Shown here: piece after piece, positions 9,139 through 15,499 of the stretch
How the letters are laid out: each line of letters opens with the position of its first letter
Numbering within the stretch: the first letter of the stretch is position 1
DNA from: Cloacimonetes bacterium TCS62
GTDB lineage: Bacteria > Cloacimonadota > Cloacimonadia > Cloacimonadales > TCS61
Direction of reading: 5' to 3'
Assembly (NCBI GenBank): GCA_001577185.1
Contig: LSCM01000001.1
Location: forward strand, 1 to 34,636
Length of the DNA: 34,636 bases
Translations under genes and position numbers: made by a program
The notes under the pieces: model-generated
The model's database searches: none
The model's input: the letters and a program-made list of their open reading frames with translations, nothing else
What the model was told of the DNA's origin: nothing

Positions 9139-9306
9139 GGGGAAAAGGATAAAAAAGAATAAAGAAAGATCAATGGCTGATTGACAGCTAACTTTGTTTT
9201 TAAATAGAACTGTCTTTCTGAGGTGTCTCTCATCTTAACTTACGAAGAATCTCGTGCTGATCTCCCACTATTTCTCCTCGTTCCAGAAAATTCGCTGTCT
9301 TTTGAA

Positions 9307-9355
9307 GTGAAATGTGAAATGGGAATTACGAATTGTGAATGGTGAATTATGAATT
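9307..9355. repeat. seven tandem heptamers, consensus GTGAAWT
   Basis: GTGAAAT GTGAAAT GGGAATT ACGAATT GTGAATG GTGAATT ATGAATT, read directly from 9307-9355. Confidence 0.85.
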
Positions 9356-9367
9356 AACAATCCCTAT

Positions 9368-9407
9368 ACCCTAAACCTCTAAACTCCTAAACCTCTAAAC
9401 TTCTAAT
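9368..9407. repeat. tandem octamer array (consensus CCTCTAAA), including a perfect 16-bp tandem duplication
   Basis: ACCCTAAA CCTCTAAA CTCCTAAA CCTCTAAA CTTCTAAT. CCTAAACCTCTAAACT occurs twice back to back at 9370-9385 and 9386-9401. Confidence 0.85.
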
Positions 9408-9479
9408 TTCGGGTTACCGAATCTTCTGAATGTTGAATTTCATTTCGTACAAATATTCCCAATACCCACTTCTTTTTAC

Positions 9480-9508
9480 TTGACTAATAAACTCTGGCCT
9501 AATTTAAT
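9480..9508 (+). promoter_or_regulatory. sigma-70-type promoter candidate for the ABC substrate-binding protein gene
   Basis: TTGACT (9480-9485), N17, then TTTAAT (9503-9508), about 100 nt upstream of ATG 9610. Confidence 0.4.
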
Positions 9509-9609
9509 AATTAAAAAAATTATTCAAAGAGAGTTTGAAATTGAAATCTCAAAAATTAAAAAAGAATTATGAAAAAACTAAAAAAGTTAGCTTTATAAAA
9601 GGAGTATTG

Positions 9610-10509
9610 ATGAAAAAAATAACACTATTAATTTTAATAACAGTTATGATCATTAGTTGTACAAATAACCAAGATAATAAATTAGTGATCGGGTTAATTA
9701 AACCTTCTTTAAATCATCTACCTATCGATTTTGGATTCAATATTAAAACACTAAATAAAGATAATTACCAAATTAGATACTTTTCATCTGGCTGGGAAAC
9801 TAATGAAGCTTTAGTAGCAAAAAAAATTGATCTCGCAGTAATGCCATTCACCTATTCATGGACTGATATAGCAAATGGTAAAAAAATTAAGATCATCTCT
9901 TTTTTCGAACGGGAAAGCGATGGGATAATAACTTCTACAAAATTTAAAAATCTAGCCGATCTAAAAAATAAGCGAATAGGTGTTCTGAGAGCTTCTACCT
10001 TGGATGTATTTGCTGAAATGGTATCTCAGGAGCGAGATTTGAACTTTGAACTTGTATACTTCCGTACTCCTATGGACATGGCCGCAGCTTTAAAAACTAA
10101 AAAAGTAGACGCACTTAGTTATTATGTTCCTTCGATCTTTAAATTTAGTGAGGAATTTCATGTGATACACTGGTATAGTGATGATTATCCAGCTCATTCT
10201 TGCTGCGATATATCTGTCACTCAAACAGCTTTGGATAATAAACAGTCCTTGATATCAAATTTTATGCTTAACCTGAATGAGAGTACTAATCAGCTAAATA
10301 ATTCACCAAAAGCAGCTTTTGAAGCAGCAAGAATATTCTATAACATACCAATTGATCTTGCCAAAAAATCTTTATATAATACAAAATACATTTTAAATCT
10401 AGATGAAGATATGAAAAACTTTGAAGAGAAGGTCGCAAATATTATGTTCAAAAAAGAATATATAAAAAGAAGAGTAGATAAGGATGAAGTTTACTACAAC
10501 ATCGACTAA
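9610..10509 (+). CDS. ABC transporter substrate-binding lipoprotein, NitT/TauT (NMT1/THI5-like) type
   Basis: The ORF track starts at TTG 9535. The internal ATG 9610 has AAAGGAG 6 nt upstream and gives a lipoprotein signal, MKKITLLILITVMIISC. The mature part has the periplasmic-binding-protein layout seen in nitrate/sulfonate/HMP-type binders. Substrate is not determinable from sequence alone. Confidence 0.7.
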   Translation: MKKITLLILITVMIISCTNNQDNKLVIGLIKPSLNHLPIDFGFNIKTLNKDNYQIRYFSSGWETNEALVAKKIDLAVMPFTYSWTDIANGKKIKIISFFERESDGIITSTKFKNLADLKNKRIGVLRASTLDVFAEMVSQERDLNFELVYFRTPMDMAAALKTKKVDALSYYVPSIFKFSEEFHVIHWYSDDYPAHSCCDISVTQTALDNKQSLISNFMLNLNESTNQLNNSPKAAFEAARIFYNIPIDLAKKSLYNTKYILNLDEDMKNFEEKVANIMFKKEYIKRRVDKDEVYYNID

Positions 10510-11212
10510 GTCTAGTGTAATTGGTTACTTTCTGATTATCATTGTTTTTATCTTGTTAGCCCTATCATTAAATGTTGGTATTAGAAATTTTGATATCACT
10601 TACCAGCAAATTATCCAACTTCTAGATGATCTTCTACACTCCTTTCTGCGAGTATCATTATCATCACTAACTGCCTGGATTTGTGGAATTTTAGTGGGAT
10701 ATTTCCTATCACATTATCTGAAGATTTCTTCTCTATTTCTTCCACTCATAAATTTCATCCGTCATATCTCTGCATTTGCCTGGCTTCCATTTGCAATCAT
10801 CTGGTTCGGATTAGGAGAACCTCCGATCGCATTTGTTATGTTTATAAGTTTATTTTTTCCGGCTATTATTGGAGCGATCGATAGCTTTGAACAGATCCAA
10901 CCTGAATACATTGAGGAAGCTAAGGTGAATGGAGCAAATAATTGGCAAATTCTAAAGTTTATTGAAATACCTTTATCTATTACAAATTTCATCAATCTAT
11001 TTAGAATCCTATGGGGATTGGGATGGTCAGTGATCATTGCAGCAGAAATGTTAGGTGTAAATTCTGGAATTGGATTTCGTCTTCTGGATTTTCGTTATTT
11101 ATTAAAATATCCTCAAATGATCTACTATATTTTAACTATTGGTATTTTGGGAGTTGTATCTGATCGGTGGATCAAAAAACTTCAACTGAGAGTTAAAACT
11201 TCATTGTTCTAA
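10484..11212 (+). CDS. ABC transporter permease (NitT/TauT-type, BPD_transp_1 fold)
   Basis: Six or so TM segments and an EAA-loop-like motif, EEAKVNGANNWQILKFIEIPLS. Overlaps the binding-protein gene by 26 nt. The exact start is uncertain. Confidence 0.8.
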   Translation: MKFTTTSTKSSVIGYFLIIIVFILLALSLNVGIRNFDITYQQIIQLLDDLLHSFLRVSLSSLTAWICGILVGYFLSHYLKISSLFLPLINFIRHISAFAWLPFAIIWFGLGEPPIAFVMFISLFFPAIIGAIDSFEQIQPEYIEEAKVNGANNWQILKFIEIPLSITNFINLFRILWGLGWSVIIAAEMLGVNSGIGFRLLDFRYLLKYPQMIYYILTIGILGVVSDRWIKKLQLRVKTSLF

Positions 11213-11280
11213 AAAAATTACTTGCATAGATGATACATATAAAATAATAACAAACAATGATTTAAAGGAGGTTCTTTTTA

Positions 11281-11706
11281 ATGAGAACACAACAAATTTT
11301 ATTAATCGTGCTCAGTATAATTATAGTTGGAATAGCAGTTTCGGTAGGGATCACAATGTTTAATGCACAAGCTACAAATGCAAATAAACAAGCTATAATT
11401 AGCGATATGAACTACTTCGCTGCACGAGCTTTAGTATTCTACAAAAGACCTACTACTCATGGTGGAGGTGGGAATAGTTGGACTTCTGATGTTGATAATC
11501 TTGGAATGTGGTTAGGTTTCGAATATGATGATAGTAACGATGAACTTTCAAATGAGAATGGTAGTTATACACTATCTGTAAATGATGATGTATTAACTAT
11601 TACTGGTATCGGAACTAAAAAGGGAAATGATAGCTCTACTTCCGTTAAAGCTACACTACAACTTACCGGTTCAACCAGCAATGTAAATACAACTATCGTA
11701 AATTAA
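11281..11706 (+). CDS. type IV pilin-like / pseudopilin-like small protein with a non-canonical N-terminus
   Basis: 141 aa. Strong SD (AAAGGAGG) upstream and its own terminator downstream. The N-terminal hydrophobic helix QQILLIVLSIIIVGIAVSVGITMF runs into an amphipathic stretch, NAQATNANKQAIISDMNYFAARALVFY, as in the pilin alpha-1 helix. The C-terminal part is Ser/Thr/Asn/Gly rich. The canonical G|F-T-L-I-E prepilin motif is absent. Confidence 0.5.
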   Translation: MRTQQILLIVLSIIIVGIAVSVGITMFNAQATNANKQAIISDMNYFAARALVFYKRPTTHGGGGNSWTSDVDNLGMWLGFEYDDSNDELSNENGSYTLSVNDDVLTITGIGTKKGNDSSTSVKATLQLTGSTSNVNTTIVN

Positions 11707-11733
11707 TTGATCATCATAAACTCAATTAAACAT

Positions 11734-11765
11734 AAGTGAATTATAGAAGGGAATTCACTTTTTTA
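11734..11765 (+). terminator. intrinsic terminator after the pilin-like gene, abutting the thiN start codon
   Basis: 9-bp stem AAGTGAATT (11734-11742) / AATTCACTT (11752-11760), 9-nt loop ATAGAAGGG, then a T run to 11764. ATG of the next gene is at 11767. Confidence 0.65.
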
Positions 11766-11766
11766 T

Positions 11767-12399
11767 ATGAAATACAAAAATATTGCAATAGTTGCAAGTG
11801 GGCTTAAAGTCCCAAAAATGAAAAGATTAATAAAAAAAACATCTATTATTATAGCTGCTGATGGTGGTACAAAGAATTGCTTAAAATGTAATATAGTTCC
11901 AGATTATATTGTCGGTGATATGGATTCAATTACTAGTTTTCAGCAAGAAAAATTAGCAAAATGTGAAATTATCGAAAGAAAAGATCAAAACTTTACCGAC
12001 CTGCAAAAAGCACTTCAATTTGCTAAAACATTAAAACCAACATCGATTCAAATATTCTCAGTATTTGGCAAACGCACTGACCATTTTGTAGCTAATCTAA
12101 TGATCTTGCAAAACTACAGCGAAAGTGCAAATATCACTATTTACGATAAAGGTGGAGAAATGATCATACTAAAGCCAGGTATTCACAAATTTACAGATCA
12201 GAGAATTGATCAGATAATTTCCATTTTTTCTTTTCAAAAAGTTCAACAACTAACTCTAAAGGGATTTAAGTATGATCTTTCATGTGAGAATTTTACTTCA
12301 AATTTTATTGGTGTTAGTAATGTAATTAAAAAATCTAATTGTGAAATCAGCTTTATAAAGGGTAAACTATTTTATTATAAAAATTACTTCATAGAATAA
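11767..12399 (+). CDS. thiN: thiamine pyrophosphokinase
   Basis: IIAADGGTKNCLKCNIVPDYIVGDMDSI (GDxDS motif), DQNFTDLQKAL and FGKRTDHFVANL (GxRxDH motif). Length of 210 aa fits TPK. Confidence 0.8.
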   Translation: MKYKNIAIVASGLKVPKMKRLIKKTSIIIAADGGTKNCLKCNIVPDYIVGDMDSITSFQQEKLAKCEIIERKDQNFTDLQKALQFAKTLKPTSIQIFSVFGKRTDHFVANLMILQNYSESANITIYDKGGEMIILKPGIHKFTDQRIDQIISIFSFQKVQQLTLKGFKYDLSCENFTSNFIGVSNVIKKSNCEISFIKGKLFYYKNYFIE

Positions 12400-12475
12400 A
12401 CAAGATACCGCAAAAAAAAACTTGCAAAATTCTTTTAATTTGAAATTTTGCATTAGAATTTAAATATTGGAGGAT

Positions 12476-14071
12476 ATGGTGAAAAAATTATTAATTCTAT
12501 TAAGCTTGATTTTTCTGCAAACTCTCGTTATTGCATCTGCTCAAAAAGTTGCTATCTTAAATTTTGAGAATAAAGATAGAGAAAGTGATTATGTTGTAAA
12601 ATCAATGATGAAAAGAGATTTTAAATCGGTCTTTAAAGATCATGAGACTTTAAAACTGATCGATATGGATGATGCTGAAGAAGTTTTTGAAGATTCAGGT
12701 ATTTCAAATATCTCTTATGTAGGCTCTGAAGAGATCGCTGAAATGGGTAAAAACTTAGAAGCAGATATTGTGATTTGGGGTGATGTATCTTCAATATCTA
12801 ATTCAAAATTTAAAATTATAGCAAAGATCTTTAGTTTAGCATCAAATGACGTTACAGCTATTATTTTCAATGTAGAAAAACGAAGTAAACCTCGTAGAAA
12901 GGTCATTGAAAAAAAACTTATCGCAAAACTGGAACAGTTGAGCGGAGGTGAAATTGAGCAAATAAGGAATATCGCTATGCAACATTTTAATAGCAAAAAT
13001 TTTGAATCTGCCCAAGAATCGTTTCTTAAATTAATTAAATTAGAACCAAAAAATGTCGATGCATATTTCTTTCTTGGCATAATTTCTTATATTAACGAAA
13101 ATTTTATCGAATCAATTGATTATTTCAATACTGGTTTGGATTATGATTCGGATAATGTTGATATATTAAATTATCTTAGTAAATCATATAGAAAGATCGA
13201 GGATTACGAGAATGCAGTCTATGCATTAAAACAAATCGCTGATGTTGAACCTAATAATAAAAATGTTTGGTCTCAGATCGGAGAAATTTATTCCAGTATC
13301 GAATACTATACTGAAGCTCAAGAGGCATTAGAAAAAGCAATTAGCATAGATCCAGAGTATGATGAAGCTTATAAAACACTTGGTGTATTGCTCTATGATC
13401 AGGGTTTATTTGATCAGGCAATTTCACCTTTGGAAAAAGCTACTCAATTCTATCCAGATGATGATGCACTTCAGAAAAAATTAGCGAAATGTTATTTCAA
13501 AACCGGAAAATTAGATTCAGCTATCGCAAATTATAAAAAAGTTGTTAAAAATCAACCGGATAATGTAAGTGCCTATTTTAATCTTGCAGGAGCGTATCGA
13601 GTAACAAATAAAAATGATCTAGCTCTTCAAACTTTGCTTAAACTCAAGAAATTATCTCCTGAACTTCCTAAGGTTTATTTTAGATTAGCGGATATTTATA
13701 TAGCGATCAAAGATTATACTAAAGCTATTCAGAGTGTAAATAAATCGATAGAAATAGATCCTACTCTTTATCAATCCTATAAGATAATGGCTCTCATCAA
13801 ACAAAGTTTAGGTTATAAAAAGTATGAAAAATACCTGGATTATGAAGAAAAATATAAAGACAAAAGCGTTTATTTTGGTAAAAAAGCAGATGAATTAGTT
13901 GAAAAACGTGATAAAGTAAAAAAGGAAGCTTACAACTATTTTATAGAATCAGGTAATTATCTGGATAAAACCAAAGCAAGAACTGATGATCCAAGTATTT
14001 TAAAAGAGATACAAAATAGTAAAAAGACTTTAAATCAATTGCTTAATGCAACAAAAGATAGTGCATTTTAA
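12476..14071 (+). CDS. secreted/periplasmic TPR-repeat protein with an N-terminal LpoB/CsgG-like small domain
   Basis: Signal peptide KKLLILLSLIFLQTLVIASA. N-domain is KVAILNFENKDRESDY...ADIVIWGDVS. It is followed by many 34-residue TPR-type repeats (A..YF.LG..Y......A...F..AL..DP.N pattern). The start is uncertain among TTG 12467, ATG 12476 and GTG 12479, with GGAGGA at 12469-12474. Confidence 0.75.
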   Translation: MVKKLLILLSLIFLQTLVIASAQKVAILNFENKDRESDYVVKSMMKRDFKSVFKDHETLKLIDMDDAEEVFEDSGISNISYVGSEEIAEMGKNLEADIVIWGDVSSISNSKFKIIAKIFSLASNDVTAIIFNVEKRSKPRRKVIEKKLIAKLEQLSGGEIEQIRNIAMQHFNSKNFESAQESFLKLIKLEPKNVDAYFFLGIISYINENFIESIDYFNTGLDYDSDNVDILNYLSKSYRKIEDYENAVYALKQIADVEPNNKNVWSQIGEIYSSIEYYTEAQEALEKAISIDPEYDEAYKTLGVLLYDQGLFDQAISPLEKATQFYPDDDALQKKLAKCYFKTGKLDSAIANYKKVVKNQPDNVSAYFNLAGAYRVTNKNDLALQTLLKLKKLSPELPKVYFRLADIYIAIKDYTKAIQSVNKSIEIDPTLYQSYKIMALIKQSLGYKKYEKYLDYEEKYKDKSVYFGKKADELVEKRDKVKKEAYNYFIESGNYLDKTKARTDDPSILKEIQNSKKTLNQLLNATKDSAF

Positions 14072-14090
14072 ACTTCAATATAGTTATACC

Positions 14091-14122
14091 AACAGCTCTG
14101 ATAATACAGAGCTGTTTTTTTT
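14091..14122 (+). terminator. intrinsic terminator in the convergent gap between the TPR gene and radA
   Basis: 10-bp stem AACAGCTCTG (14091-14100) / CAGAGCTGTT (14107-14116), 6-nt loop, and a T run extending to 14122 that overlaps the radA stop codon. Confidence 0.8.
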
Positions 14123-15464
14123 AAAACAATATAGGTAATAATTGCTTTATATGTTTTATTTTGGTTGCTTTTTTATTTATATTTTTTGTTCGATCAGAGA
14201 CAATAACGTTTTTGTATCCCATTTTCATAGCTTCTTTTATCCGTTTATTTATCTGAGAAACTGGTCGGATCTCACCGTTAAGCCCCACTTCTCCTAGAAG
14301 TAACATTTGCGGTTTTACAGGTATTTCTTTGAAACTGGATAAAATAGAAGCTACTACAGCAAGATCTAAAGCCGGATCAAAAACTTTCATACCACCAGCT
14401 AGCTTAACGAAAATGTCATTATTTTTAAGATCGATAGAAAGATTTTTTTCTATTACAGCTAATAAAACTGCTAATTTCCGATGATCAAAACCTAGGGCAA
14501 CTCTTTGTGAATTTCCATAACTTGCTGGTGACACAAGAGCTTGTACTTCTACCATAAATGCACGTGAACCTTCAAGTAAACTTCCAACAGCAGTTCCAAT
14601 ATCCCCAACTCGCTTATCAATAAAAATACGAGAAGGATTTTTTACTTCTTTTAAACCAGATGAGAGCATCTCAAAGATTCCAATTTCATTTGTAGAACCG
14701 AATCTGTTTTTAGTAGCTCTCATAATTTTAAACTGATTGTTCATTTCACTTTCAAAATATAAAACTGTATCTACCATATGTTCAATAATTTTCGGTCCTG
14801 CTACCGAACCATCCTTTGTGACATGTCCAATTAAGAAAAATGGTATCTCAAGTTTTTTAGCAATTCTAGTAAACATACTTGTGCATTCTCTTAACTGTGA
14901 GATGCTACCTGGAGTACTTCCTACTGAATCCATATATACTGATTGTATAGAATCAATTACTACAGCATCCGGCTTTAAATCCACAATTGTATCAATTATA
15001 CTATTAAAATCTGTTTCACAATATAAATATAGATTCTCTGCCTTACAATTTAATCTTTTACTTCTTAACTTGATCTGTTGATTACTTTCTTCACCAGAAA
15101 CATAAAGTATTTCGTTACCGTTCACTACTAACTTATTTGCTATCTGCAATAATAAAGTAGATTTACCAATACCTGGTTCTCCACCGATCAAAGCAACCAT
15201 TCCAGGAACAATACCACTTCCAAGAACACCATCGAATTCTTCTACATTCGTTTTTATCCGCTCTTTTTTATCAGATTTTATTTCACTGATCTTTTGTGGT
15301 TTGGTGTTACGTTCTTCTACTAAGTTACTAAAAATTGTTTTCTTATTTTTTACTTTCTTACCAGTAACTCTGCTCGATTCTCTAAGTGAATCCCAAGCTC
15401 CACAGGCAGGACATTTACCAGCCCATTTCGAAGTTTCTGCTCCGCATTCATTGCAAAAAAACAT
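14121..15464 (-). CDS. radA: DNA repair protein RadA/Sms
   Basis: N-terminal zinc finger CNECGAETSKWAGKCPACGAW. Walker A GGEPGIGKST. KNRFG motif (ATKNRFGSTNEIGIFEM). C-terminal Lon-protease-like domain. Confidence 0.93.
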   Translation of the reverse strand: MFFCNECGAETSKWAGKCPACGAWDSLRESSRVTGKKVKNKKTIFSNLVEERNTKPQKISEIKSDKKERIKTNVEEFDGVLGSGIVPGMVALIGGEPGIGKSTLLLQIANKLVVNGNEILYVSGEESNQQIKLRSKRLNCKAENLYLYCETDFNSIIDTIVDLKPDAVVIDSIQSVYMDSVGSTPGSISQLRECTSMFTRIAKKLEIPFFLIGHVTKDGSVAGPKIIEHMVDTVLYFESEMNNQFKIMRATKNRFGSTNEIGIFEMLSSGLKEVKNPSRIFIDKRVGDIGTAVGSLLEGSRAFMVEVQALVSPASYGNSQRVALGFDHRKLAVLLAVIEKNLSIDLKNNDIFVKLAGGMKVFDPALDLAVVASILSSFKEIPVKPQMLLLGEVGLNGEIRPVSQINKRIKEAMKMGYKNVIVSDRTKNINKKATKIKHIKQLLPILF

Positions 15465-15499
15465 AATTACTCCCTTAAAAAGTAATGTAGTTAATCAAA

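Noticed and set aside
9016-9360. oriC-like cluster of relaxed DnaA boxes
   Set aside because: Words such as TGTGAATGG, TGTGAAATG and AATTTCACA match TGTGNAWAA / TTWTNCACA at about 7 of 9 positions. However, no box matches better than about 7/9. There is no dnaA, dnaN or other origin-linked gene nearby, and both flanking genes are on the plus strand, so there is no orientation switch. The highly expressed rimP-infB block 5-14 kb to the right would then be head-on to replication. A genome-wide GC-skew plot would settle it.
9569-9598. 9-codon upstream ORF MKKLKKLAL ending just before the SD of the binding-protein gene
   Set aside because: It has no SD of its own and is very short. The sequence is the A-rich leader, where ATG plus stop arises easily. 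It would only be worth revisiting if ribosome profiling shows occupancy.
9200-9609. TPP riboswitch upstream of the NMT1-like binding protein gene
   Set aside because: Only fragments are present (CTGAGG, GCTGATCTCC). The conserved ACCTGATCTGG...CCAGCG helix and the GGGG/ACCC pairing cannot be built. An Rfam covariance-model scan would be the decisive test.
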